From assembly GCF_001194135.2 (NCBI RefSeq), contig NC_068984.1:57493789-57557788 (forward strand): 64,000 nt of DNA, in the 5' to 3' direction. The translations under genes were made by a program, and so were the position numbers. This DNA comes from Octopus bimaculoides. Lineage: Eukaryota. Of this stretch, positions 52,688 through 64,000 are shown in pieces (position 1 is the first letter of the stretch; each line of letters starts with the position of its first letter). Under the pieces are notes generated by a model that saw nothing but the letters and a program-made list of their open reading frames with translations, was not told the DNA's origin and ran no database searches.

Positions 52688-52908
52688 TCATCATCATCAT
52701 CATTCATTAATGTTTGCTTTCCATGCTGGCATGGGTTGGATAGTTCGACAGGATCCATCAAGCTGCAGGGTCATGCTGAGCTCCAGTGTCAGCTTTGGTT
52801 AGCCAAAGCTGACACTGGAGCTCAGTGCAGTCCTGTGGCTCACTGAATCCTGTGAAAGCGTCTGATCCATGCCAGCATAGAAAGCAAATGTTAAATGATG
52901 ATGATGAT
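52688..52908. repeat. Head-to-head inverted SINE 3' ends with a perfect 23-bp central palindrome
   Basis: CTGAGCTCCAGTGTCAGCTTTGG (52776-52798), loop TTAG, CCAAAGCTGACACTGGAGCTCAG (52803-52825); outer (CAT)n and (GAT)n tails. Confidence 0.9.
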
Positions 52909-53580
52909 AAAAAAATATATAGAAGTCTATTTTACTAGACTTGGGTAGTTATAACAATAACTGCCCAAGAATTTAGGCAGATGTTGACATTAATATTTTA
53001 AATATAGTGACATCTAAATGAAAATTTTTTTCTTCAGTTATAAATATTTTGCTTTGATGACTGTTCTGTTCTGATTGGAGCCTGGGGTAGACTCCTGGCT
53101 TGCCAGTCCTCAGTCAAACTGTCCAACCCATGCCATCATGGAAAGCAGACGTTAAACAATGATGATGATGTTGAGATGACTGCATCAGCTATATAGACAT
53201 TAAAAGATTAGCAGGTGATGAATAGTTTAAGAGGAATGAATTCAAGAAAATACAACACCAAATGATGTACTTGCTAGGTGTTAAAAATATTTTTTATATA
53301 AACCCTTTTCCATTTCGAACCATTTTCATAAGTTTGTCCTAAACATTCATGCTTGTTTTCAAACTTTTAGTTAGCCCTTGTTTCATACTTTCTGAGTTAT
53401 ATATAAAGCTTTCCTTTATATATCCTGTGTACCATATGTGATATACAGGACAGACAAAGGGTTAAAAGACTCTGATGAGTCTATCAACAGTGATTATTAG
53501 TGTTGGTTATTATACTTGAAAAATACAGTTCTCATAATGTCCATCGGTGCATCATGTGTGAATATTCATTCTTTTTACAG

Positions 53581-53657
53581 GTCGCTATGCTCTTCGTTAT
53601 GGCAAAGTTGCAGGAGAAACTTTGAAAAAACAAATAGATTCTTTACCATCAACATCT
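53581..53657 (+). CDS. DNAJC19: DNAJC19 exon 3
   Basis: tacag|GT...TCT|gtaagt, 77 nt: GRYALRYGKVAGETLKKQIDSLPSTS. Confidence 0.92.
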
Positions 53658-54512
53658 GTAAGTATTTAGTTTCTTACTGGTATCTTCATATTTTATGTTT
53701 TTAATTATTATTATTGTTATTAAGTTTGTGAAATGGCAGAGTGGTAACTTAAATACCTTGTGGTATTTAATTGCATCACTGTACCTTCTGATTTCAAGCT
53801 CTGCTGAAGTTGACTTGGGTGCTTCTGGCATTCATTACATAAACACCAGTAATATACTGGAGTTAATTCACTTGACTGGAACCCTATCCTTCCAAATGTG
53901 TTTTTATTAATCTTTAACCAGTTTTCAGAAACACATATGAAGAGAAAGTGTTTTCCTTGTTACTCTATGTTTATGTACTTATGTATTGTTTATTGAATGT
54001 AATCTCTCAACACCTGGTATAAAGCCACCTCCCTCAATACAACACCTCTGCTTAGTTGGGGAGTTTTGTTCTTGTAAGTTATTGGTGACATTATAGTACA
54101 AATGCCACAAAAAAAGAAAACCCAGTACACTCTGTAAAGTGACTGGTGTTGGGAAGAGCATTCAGTCATAGAAACTCTGACTAAGCAGATAGTGGAGTCT
54201 GGTACAGTCCTCTGGCTTGTCATTTCCAGTTGAATTATCTAACCATTTTCAGGCATATAAAACAGACATTAAATGATGGTGATATATTTTTAATTATCAT
54301 TATCATGGATAATTATCTATGTTCCAGGTTGTCATTGCTTGAATAGTTTGACAGTATCCTACAAGCTGGAAGATTACATCAAACTCCAAAGTCTTCTTTA
54401 GCATAGTTTCTATGACTGGATACTCTTCCTAATGCCAACCATTTTACAGAGTGTTCTGAATGCTTTTTTTACATGATACTGGCACTAGTAAAATTGTCAA
54501 GTAACTCAAAAG

Positions 54513-54566
<54 letters not shown>

Positions 54567-54684
54567 TTGTCTTTTGAGGGAGAGAGAAGACAAACAGAGA
54601 GTTTGTTAATAATTATTTTACTCTCCTGTATTATGAATAACAGTGTTAATTTTTATTCTAATAATCAACTTTCTTTTTGTTCAG

Positions 54685-54767
54685 GCATTTACCTATAACA
54701 AATATTACAAAGGTGGTTTTGAACCCAAAATGTCCAAACGAGAAGCTGGATTAATTCTTGGTGTCAG
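54685..54767 (+). CDS. DNAJC19: DNAJC19 exon 4
   Basis: ttcag|GCA...AG|gtcagt, 83 nt: AFTYNKYYKGGFEPKMSKREAGLILGV (YY.GGFEPKM.KREA.LILG, Pam18 signature). Confidence 0.97.
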
Positions 54768-56410
54768 GTCAGTTTGTAATCATCAGTTTTGTTTATGAGA
54801 ATGATGGTATGCATGCTCCTTATTTTTCATTGCATATTATTTTTCATTCTAGATTGCTCATAATTTGGTGTAATTTAGAGATCTAATATTATTACTTATT
54901 TAAAGGTGGAAAACTGGCTGACTCATAAGCACACCAGACAGAATGCTTAGCAGCATTTCGTCTATCTTTACATTCTGAGTTCAAATTCTGCCATGGTCAA
55001 CTTTACCTTTCATCCTTTCAGGGTTGATTAAATAAGTACCAGTTGAGTACTGGGGTCGATGTAATCAACCTACCCCCTCCCCTGAAGTTGCTGCCCCTGT
55101 GCCATAGTCTATTCCATGTGTTTCGGCGGCTGATGACACTCGAAAATATGCACAGCTAAGCTAAGAATCTCCCTTGTTTTTAATCGCCTCATTCATTCAA
55201 ACTCATCTATTCTCTAAAATAATTCTTTCTTGTTTGTTCTAACCCCACAATGTCTAACCTTGTTTCTTGGCTACATGTATAACTCCTTCTTGTTTGCTCT
55301 AGCCCTTAAAATGACCTTTCGTGTGAGTGGTTGCGCCCACCCTTTCCCACACCCACCACCAATACTGGAAATCTCTTTCTCTCTTACTCTTACCAGAAAT
55401 CTCTTTCTCTCTCTCTGTTACTGGAAATCTCTTTCTCTTACCAGATACCCAGCTACCCTTCCCCTCTCTCCTCCTCTATTGGTAATCTTGCTGCCCTCTC
55501 CTTTCTTTCCACCCCCTATCTCTAGACTAACTAAACCAGATAGTAGCCCACTTCTTTTTCTTTCTTTTTATTTATTTACACATCTCTGCAGCATCAGTAA
55601 TACTTCACCCACAAGGCTCATGACACTTATATTTACAATGCCCCAAATACATACATATACAATGCTTCCTCACTCCCCCCTCCCCCCGAGATAACAACCT
55701 TAACAACTCTAACATGTTTGAATGACGGTAGGTTAAAAGCAAGAACACTGATACTTATTTATGATCAAGACCACACACACACACATAACAAACTTCTTTC
55801 AGTTTCTGCCTACCAAATTTACTCACATGGCTTTGGTTGGACAAGGGCTATGGAAGAAAAAAAACACTTGCCCATGGTGACACTATGGAACTGAACCTGA
55901 AGCCACATGATTGGGAAGCAAACTTTTGAACCATACAACCATGCCTGCACCTCACAGCCATACCTACATCTCACAACCATGTCTGCATCTTTAAGTTGAT
56001 ATATAAAGCCTGTAGGGATATAGCTATAGTTATATATTGATTTAACCTGATTGTAAAACATATAAATAAGGGATTTTTAATTCCAAGGGTGTTTGAAAGT
56101 GTAAAGCAATCAGTTATAATGCCTCCAAGAAATGAAATTGTTACTGCTGTCACTCAACGCTGTAACAAACAATACTCTACAATATCACCATTCAACACAT
56201 ACTTATAATGAGCTTCTTACAGGTTCCATTTTCCAAATTTACTCACAAGGCATCACTCAGTCCAAATTTCAATGTAAATTTATGTATGTGAATGTGTGTG
56301 TGGGTGTGTGAAGTATAATCTGCACCTTGTTTTCTTTATATATTTAAAGAATTGCATGGTTTAAAGAAAACACAGAAAGATTAGTAAATTATTTCTATTT
56401 TCTATTTTAG

Positions 56411-56481
56411 CCCATCTGTGAGTAAATCTAAACTTAAGGAAGCCCACAAAAGAATTATGCTTTTAAACCATCCAGACAGAG
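56411..56481 (+). CDS. DNAJC19: DNAJC19 exon 5 (J-domain HPD)
   Basis: tttag|C CCA...G|gtaagt, 71 nt: SPSVSKSKLKEAHKRIMLLNHPDR. Confidence 0.97.
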
Positions 56482-56559
56482 GTAAGTCTTCTATACTTTC
56501 TGGAGACCTTTAACATCAAATATGCACTTTATTTATGCTTCTATACAAGAAGCATTTAT

Positions 56560-57415
56560 TATATTCAGGAAAGCCTTCAACCATATCTGGCATGCAAGTC
56601 TTATATCAAAACTTCCTCCCACCTATGGCTCTTATCTATCATTTCCTGGATCTGCAGCTTTCTAACAGATCATACTATCATGGCATGTGTTGATGGTGTT
56701 TTTTCTGCCCCATTCTCCACCTAGTCTGATATTCCTCAGAGTTCTCTTCTGTCACTTTTTCCCGCTATCTTTTATAAATCAATGCTTTCTTTGCTGCCAT
56801 ATCCATCAGCACCCCTTCGCATACAGATTACACAATCCTTCATTTCTACTTAAGATTCGTTATCCATGAATTATCCACATGCAACCCTAATACAACTTGT
56901 CAGACATGCATTGATTCTATTATCAGAGTTCTTCAGAGCATCTTCCAATGAGGCCATACCAACAAAAAAACTTGAGCGTTACACATATCAAGGAAACATT
57001 AACACAACATACCCTTTCTAAACATTAGAGCCTTCACACTTACTCCAAATGTTGGACCTCACTATCACCAAGGATTTTTCCTGGCAAAAGCACATCCTTC
57101 ATGCAGTTAGAACTACTTCTCTACAGACTAGCCCTTCTCAAGGCCTGAAGATATTTCAGTCCCCAACAGCTACTGACGTTCCAGAAGACTTGAGTAATGC
57201 CCACAGTTGAGTACTGCTCTTACATCTGGGATAGTGCTGCTTCTACATTGATACCTTGGGTCACATCTAGAGAAGGGCCACCCAACTGATTGTCACTCCA
57301 TCATTAACAGATGCACTTTAGCCTCTTAATGCACAGACATATTGTCTCCTCTGTAATGGCTTTTGCTCCTTGGAATTGGTTGATCATGTACCTCTACCAC
57401 TCCAAACAAACAAGC
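56560..57415 (+). mobile_element. Decayed CR1-group LINE reverse transcriptase (C-terminal half)
   Basis: IFRKAFNHIWHASLISKLP (DISKAFD.VWH), SDIPQSSLLS (SGVPQGS.LS), FSWQKHI, YFSPQQLLTFQKT..PTVEYCSYIWD; multiple stops. Confidence 0.75.
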
Positions 57416-58166
57416 TAGAGAGACTTTGTACTAACCAGAAAACCTAATAGACAGTCGGCTGTGAATACAAAATCTTTTCTTGGTGAAGAATGTACCACCT
57501 AATAAAGTCTAGTTATTTATGAGACCAGAGTAAGATCTAGTTGAACCAAGAGGTACAAGACAATCTGTAGAAGGAAAGAATAGAAGCTGAATAAAAGTTC
57601 AGAAATGTACTATGTAATATCTCTGTCATGAAAGAAGAGGAGATAGAGGCTTGCAAAGTAGATAAGGCAACTTACTGCAGGCCACAGACTGGATCTGTAG
57701 GTAGAGCAAGATTCCAACCAAATGGAATGTGACATGGTGGTAGTCGTAATATTTTAATGAGAGACATAAAAGCTAAGAGACAAATCAGGAATAAAAGGGG
57801 AGAACCAGGAACAATGTCAGGTAGCTAAAGGAATGGCTAGATGTCAAGTAGACTTATCAAGGAGAAAAGTAGAAAGTTTGCTGATTTTATAGAGGCATAA
57901 GACATTCTAGATTTCAAAGCAATGTGTTAATGTGGATTAAGACATCATAGGTAAGAAATGTGTATGCAATGGTAGCAGTGCATTTGCCTTCTCTTGTGCC
58001 AAGAAGGTGATATGGAAATACTACTATGGGAAGTTACTGAATAAGAAGAATCCAATGAAGAGATTCAACAAGTAGTTTCAGAAGTAGCACCAGCTATATG
58101 GTTGATAAGGTTATAAAGGCATGCAAAGCAGCTTGACTATCAGAGATAGTCTCTAGGACATGCACT

Positions 58167-58552
58167 GTTGTTGTTGGCACTCCGTCGCTTACGACGTCGA
58201 GGGTTCCAGTTGATCCGATCAACGGAACTGCCTGCTCGTGAAATTAACGTGCAAGTGGGTGAGCACTCTACAGACACGTGTACCCTTAACGTAGTTCTCA
58301 GGGATATTCAGCGTGACACAGTGTGACAAGGCTGACCCTTTGAATTACAGGCACAACAGAAACAGGAAGTAAGAGTGAGAGAAAGTTGTGGTGAAAGAGT
58401 ACAGCAGGGTTCGCCACCATCCCCTGCTGGATCCTCGTGGTGGTTTTAGGTGTTTTCGCTCAATAAACACTCACAATGCCCGGTCTGGGAATCGAAACCG
58501 TGATCCTATGACCGCGAGTCTGCTGCCCTAACCACTGGGCCATTGCACCTCC
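58167..58552 (-). mobile_element. Full-length tRNA-derived SINE (same family as 1419-1804)
   Basis: Perfect 12-bp TSD AGGACATGCACT at 58155-58166 and 58553-58564; about 25 differences from the 1419 copy over about 385 nt, by eye. Confidence 0.93.
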
Positions 58553-59471
58553 AGGACATGCACTAGTCAAGCAGAAAGTGGTCATTTCCACTGACTGGTG
58601 TAGCAGTTTCATTATCACTTACTACATGGTCAAAGGAGATGTTCTAGATAGTGTTATATAACTAATTAAGAGGAAAATTAGCTTTGATGAGTTTGCAGTT
58701 CAGATTTGTGCTTGGATAGAGTACCACTGATACCCACTTCTCAGTAAGACAATTACAAGAGAATTTCCTTATAGCATACCACTATAGTAAGCATTCATTA
58801 ACCTTGTGAAGGCATTTGAGTATGACATTCTGTAGTCTGGTGGTTGCTAACAAAACAATGTACAGATGAATGCCTTTGGAGAACCTTAGCAACAAGTTCA
58901 GCAAGAAATTTTGCACACAGGTAGATGTCCATTCAGGTTCAATTCTTAGCCATCTACTGTTTATTATAGTTTTTCAGGTTATAACCGAGAAGTTAAAGAC
59001 TGGCTGTCCTTAAGAACTTGTTTTTCTCATGATACTGCAGATTCTCAGTGTCCTTTATTCATACTTTCCTGCTCACTTCTGGCAATAAAGAAATAGAACC
59101 TCTCTACAATTTCCAACAAACTATTCAAGTAGTAGATGGTTTTTGGTTACTGGTTCCTTAGACTGTTGCTTATACCAATGAAAAGTTTCACTTTTAAAAA
59201 CTTTATTCTTAGCCAATGATGCCATTCAAAGAAACAGAGGATATAACCTCTATTGATAGTTATGTGAAATTTGAGATGCTCGCAGAGCTTCCTGTTAATT
59301 ATGATTCTATATTTAATATTCTTTTATTAATATATGTCTGCCTCAATGCAAAGTATATTTTCCTAATGCAACAACACATTACTACTTCCATCATAAATTA
59401 TTCTTTCATCATTATATTGTAATATGGATGTGTTGTAAACTTTTTTTTGACTTTCTTGTGTTTATTTTCAG

Positions 59472-59539
59472 GTGGATCTCCATATTTAGCAGCTAAAATC
59501 AATGAAGCTAAAGACTATTTAGAAAATAATAAAAACTAA
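59472..59539 (+). CDS. DNAJC19: DNAJC19 exon 6 (terminal)
   Basis: ttcag|GT...TAA: GGSPYLAAKINEAKDYLENNKN*; the six exons total 354 nt = 117 aa + stop; AATAAA motifs at about 59626 and 59642. Confidence 0.97.
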
Positions 59540-59730
59540 GTGTTTTAATAACAAGAAAGATTTGGACATTTTGGAAATTATTTTCCAACTGTTACAGTGA
59601 TGCTTTTTTATTCATACTCTGTAGAAATAAATATTTTTTTAAATAAAACAGTTTTTATTTTGATTGTTTTAAAGGCTTATAATTTAGCTGACAACAGACT
59701 AAGTAAAAAATGTAAAGGTTTTAAACTGGT

Positions 59731-60380
59731 GCAGGCATGGTTGTGTGGTAAGAAGCTTGCTGGAGAAGAGGTATCTGTCATGAGACAGAATCATGAGAAG
59801 ATGGAAGCCTGTGGTGAGGAAGCTGGGAGTGTTTGGCACCAGGTAAGTGGGAGCCAAAAACAAAGGAAAGAAAAAGCAAGGGGTCTACCCTGGTGGTCGG
59901 ATGCCTATCCTTCAGGAAAGCCATTACAAATTGCATCTGTAATGAGCAATACTTTAATCGAACATTGTAAATAATTTTTATTGTGTATTTAAATTTGTAA
60001 ATATTTAATCGATACAGCTTCTTCATCCCTTTTATGTTTGTCTGTCCTTGTTCGTCCCCTCTTTGTAATGCCTTTATGGCAAATATTTATGAAATAAATA
60101 AGCTTGCTTCCCAACCATGTGATTCTGGGTTCAATCCCACTGTGCTGCAACTTGGACAAGTGTCTTCTACTGTAGCCTCTGACCAACCCAAGCCTTATGA
60201 GTGGATTTAGTATACATCTATATGTGTGTCTTTATGTCTGTGTTTGTCCCTCGCTTGACAACTGGTGTTGGTATGATCACATCCCCATAACTTAGCAGTT
60301 TGGGAAAAGAGACTGATAGAATAAATATTGGACTTAAAAGAATTAGTACTGGGATCGATTCAGTCAACTAAACCTTCGAG
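59731..60380 (+). mobile_element. SINE (GTGTGGTAAGAAGCTTGCTTCCCAACC-head family) split by a nested insertion
   Basis: Head starts at 59731-59761 and resumes at 60100-60380; other decayed copies on - near 11225-11398, 12645-12785 and 55795-55950. Confidence 0.75.
59762..60099 (+). mobile_element. 5'-truncated LINE insertion (L1/Tx1-like 3' end) with 9-bp TSD
   Basis: AAGCTTGCT at 59753-59761 and 60100-60108; insert ends in an A-rich AATAAA tail; residual EKRYLS*DRIMRRWKPVVRKLGV resembles a Tx1-type ORF2 terminus (clade call from memory, tentative). Confidence 0.7.
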
Positions 60381-63300
60381 GTGTTGCTCCAAATCTATTT
60401 AAAATGGTTTTGACTTCTAAATATACAGTTTGTTTGCTACATAAATACTAAATAAAAACATTCCAACAGATTGATTCTTCAATGTTAGTAGGACAAAATT
60501 AGATAACAGTATGACTATAGGTGATTGAAGGAATAGAAAACTGGGGAAATTGACATGTTAGACATAAATAGATGTAATATATATTATATATTGTATAGGA
60601 CAGCAAGCTGGCAGAATTATTAGCACACTGGGCAAAATGCTTAGCAGCATTCTGATTCCACCAAGGTTGACTTTGCCTTTCATCCTTTCAGAATCAATAA
60701 AAATAAGTACCAGTTGAGCATGGGGTTGCTGCAACTGACTTAACCCCTTTCCCAAAATCACTGGCCTTATGCTAAAATTTGAAGCCAATATATATTATAC
60801 ATATGTATTGTTTTACTTCAGTCAAAAGATTTTGACTGTTTATTTTTTTTATATTTATATATATTGTCATTTACTAGTTGTGTCATCTTGTGATGCCTAA
60901 ACACTGTTCCACTTTCTACTCCAATCTTTGACTGTAGTGACATCTTCAGTTATCAATACCATTGTTAAAATGTGCCAAAATGACAGAACTTCAGTCAACA
61001 GTTATTGAAGGGAGAATATATTCCTTGTTTATGTATTTCTATGTTCTTTATGTTTAGCACATTCTCTGTGCTGAACAATTGGGACAAGACCCAATTTGCA
61101 TGTTTTTGATGCTGTGACATTTGTGTTGTGAGTGTAAATGTCTATTATATGTTATGTATGGTTTTGCTGTGAATTTGTGTGTGTATTTTTTTGTAATATG
61201 GGGATTATGTGAATATGTTGCATAAGTGTGCATGTGTGTATTATTTCTCATCTCAGAAACAAAGCTACAGAGCAGAGTCCACTCAACCAAAGCTTCCTGA
61301 CCTACAATGCTTGCAAAGCACAAAATCCAAAGATTTCTAGCTTTGACCATCTTTGGACATATGACGGGGGAGATTCATCATCCTCATTTAACCCTTTTGT
61401 TACCAACCCGGCTGAAACCGCCTCTGGCTTTGTAGTACAAATGTCTTGTTTCCATAAGTTTTGAATTAAAATTTTCCTCCAAACCTTAGTCACAATTTAT
61501 GTTTCTAACACTAGCTGAATGATAACTAAGTTATTTTACTAAATTCTTTGTTATATTTAAAGTAATTGAAAGAAACACAGAGTATCTCAAAATAAATACA
61601 GTAATGAAAGTTTACTGTGGTTAATTTTAATTTCCACCTTTCTGGATCAATAAAATAAAGTACCGGTTAAGTACTGGAATCTATGGTATCAACCCCTCCC
61701 TGCCACCTTCAAATTTGCTTGCCTATTGCCTAAATCAAAAACAATTCTTATTAGCATTGGAAAACATGCTTGGTGGCACTTGCTCTAGTTCTTTACATTC
61801 TGAGTTCAAATCCTGCCACAGTCGATTTTGTCTCTGTTCTTTTGAGGTCAGTAAAATAAAGTATCAGTCAAGTATTGAGGTCAGTGTTATCAACCAAATC
61901 CTTCCCCTTGAAATTACTGGCCTTGTACCGAAGTCAAAAATGACTATTTCAATTTGTCGATGCTATATTTTGTCTTTAACAATTTTGTCAAATACTTTCC
62001 ACAGACTATTTCTTCATATAATTGTAATGATTTTTGTACTAAATATTGAATATTCACGTTAGTCTATGGCTTCAACTGCAGAGGTGGAGTATAATCGATA
62101 TATTGAACTTAGTAGTTGTCTGATACTTTATCAACAAATGAAATAATGATCGCTACCCAATGCCTAGATATGAACTATTCCAGAAACTAAAGAGCAGAAA
62201 AAAATTCAAGGCAATCGATTTACAAAACGTATATTTACAGACTGAATCAACAGAAAAATTTAAAATTACGCCTATAGTGAGATTTAGAATCGATCTTAAA
62301 ATCCTCGGTTGTCAGATCCGAGACTCTCGGAGATCACGCTCAAGTCATACGATATGTCCTGGTTGCAGGGATACCATGCCATATGAACATCATCTGCAAT
62401 GTCCCTGAATTTCGCGCGCTCTTCTTAGTATTTAGGCGAAAGTACGTCAAGAACAGTCGCAGATGTTTGAGACCGTCACCAGATAACACATTCTCAACCT
62501 TCCCCACAAGCAATCTAGATCAATCGCAAATGTTTGAGAGAGCTACGGAGAACACACATCTCACCTCTTACCAAACAATACCAAGTCTTCCTTTGCTGAA
62601 TCCGGCTAGAAATGAAAGAAATTCTTCGTAATTGCAGACCAGCTCTTTCCTGCTTCTCGAGCATAACCAATCATTACTATATATATTTGTTAAATCGAGG
62701 TTCGATTCTGCTTCCTACATTCTCAATCAGCAATCATTAGAAATTTTCAATAAATCTTGTAATAAAATTATACTGTTATGCTTGCGTCTGTTCATTATGG
62801 AATAACACGTAGCTGACACAACAATACATTATTGAATCCACGACATTTGGTAACAAGCATAGATTTCAACGCGACACATCTTTCGATCCTAGGAAATGAC
62901 AACGAATACCATTCTTGATTTTACACCTCTATTATATTTCAACGTCTTGCTAATCAAATGTTATCTAGAATTAAGTATTGTGCACTGTATATGAATGATG
63001 TCATCATCATTTGGATGGTGAATAAAAAAAAATCATTTATATAATTTAGAAATAATATTATTGTTTGAAATGACGTAAAGTAAAATGTGATTTTTTTTTT
63101 TTTTTTTTTTTCATCAAGAAGCCTTGGCGATTATTTGGCGCAAAGATAATCCGGAAAAATGCAAATTCGACTTTAAAAATTACCTATTTCAAAGAATGAA
63201 AATGAAGCATTAGCATTTGCTCCAAGAATTGATATAGCAATTATACTGTACTGTTATATAATTTAATGAAAATGAACCTACCATTCATCTGAAAATTTTG

Positions 63301-63955
63301 GTAGTATCTGAGTCATCAGTCAATGTAGGATCAGCATGGTCGTTTTAAAGTCTCGGAAATTCGAGCAGTCGCTTGAGCTGTTAAGTGCTTAAAAACGTTA
63401 CATTCTGCGTTTGGAATCCCCGAAATGAAAGGGAATATAAAAATAAAGTATGTTATAAGAGCTAGCAAGTTTAGGGCCAGTTCTGTGGATTAGTTCAGCT
63501 ACAACGTAAAAAGACAGTTGAACGTCCATTGATTCATATAACTTAAAACACTGAATGCACGTCAACGGTGATATTCGCGAAGAGAAATTGTCTATTTATA
63601 ATTAAGGATGAAATTCTGAATTAATCACCGATCACAACCATAGGATAAAAATGTACCAGTACCAACGTCTTTTAGTAGAAAGTGGGTTATACATCTCTAG
63701 ATTGTATACCTGACTTTCTACTATAAAATTAAAGAAATAGACGGAACGCTGAACTCCAGACTAAACAACTTAAATAACATTTATTTAGGTGGTAAACATA
63801 CAAATCTTTAGTTATACATCTTTAGAGGTGAGAATAATGAGCTGTCGAGTGTAAGACCGAAAGTTGTAGAGACAGCTTTAAACACACGTCCATGCTCAAT
63901 CGCTGGCCAGCGAGAAAGAGAATGAATTGAGCGGGAAACGCTTGCTTGTTTAATT

Positions 63956-63996
63956 CTACGCATGCGTAAGACTACGCATGCGCAGGCGTTACTACA
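63956..63996. promoter_or_regulatory. Tandem NRF1-like palindromes; probable promoter of an adjacent gene
   Basis: TACGCATGCGTA (63957-63968) and TACGCATGCGCA (63973-63984), 16 bp apart, plus ACTACA, in a CpG-retaining region. Confidence 0.5.
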
Positions 63997-64000
63997 GTCT

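Noticed and set aside
55114-55152. Hammerhead ribozyme core (CTGATGA...GAAA)
   Set aside because: Stem II cannot pair (C-ACT-C), and no compatible stem I/III with an NUH site could be built; other CTGATGA sites in the window also fail.
57420-59200. Inverted endonuclease/tether half of the adjacent LINE (twin-priming structure)
   Set aside because: Only vague motifs (NDH, SWFN) with inconsistent spacing, and the geometry is convergent rather than the classic 5' inversion; it needs a consensus alignment.
61054-61493. Overlapping short ORFs as a fourth gene
   Set aside because: No recognisable domain or consistent splice model; partly overlaps a TTAA MITE.

Overview
AT-rich, intron- and repeat-dense animal genomic DNA with three assembly gaps. 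The SINE/MITE families and microsatellite style point to an octopod cephalopod; this is my inference, not a database result. Three protein-coding genes can be reconstructed exon by exon with consistent GT-AG phases. (1) On +, the last five coding exons (PH domain and C-terminus) of an ARHGEF4/ARHGEF9(collybistin)/SPATA13-family RhoGEF, 3515-19259; its upstream exons lie outside the window. (2) On -, a complete 14-exon mitochondrial glutamyl-tRNA synthetase, EARS2 (49927 to 25104, 529 aa). (3) On +, a complete 6-exon mitochondrial import J-protein, DNAJC19/TIM14/PAM18 (50218-59539, 117 aa). EARS2 and DNAJC19 are head-to-head, with only 290 bp between their start codons. The introns hold SINEs (two with intact TSDs), TTAA-, hAT- and foldback-type MITEs, a decayed Tc1 DD34E transposon, CR1-like and CRE-like (RLE) LINE fragments, a truncated L1/Tx1-like insertion with a 9-bp TSD, and a Ty3/gypsy gag-like ORF. 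I found no clear-cut novel system. The best leads are long intronic hairpins (candidate ADAR substrates), the compact bidirectional mitochondrial promoter with a possible presequence-less EARS2 splice form, the gag/inverted-repeat/LTR-like cluster in EARS2 intron 3, and two unexplained CpG-rich segments.
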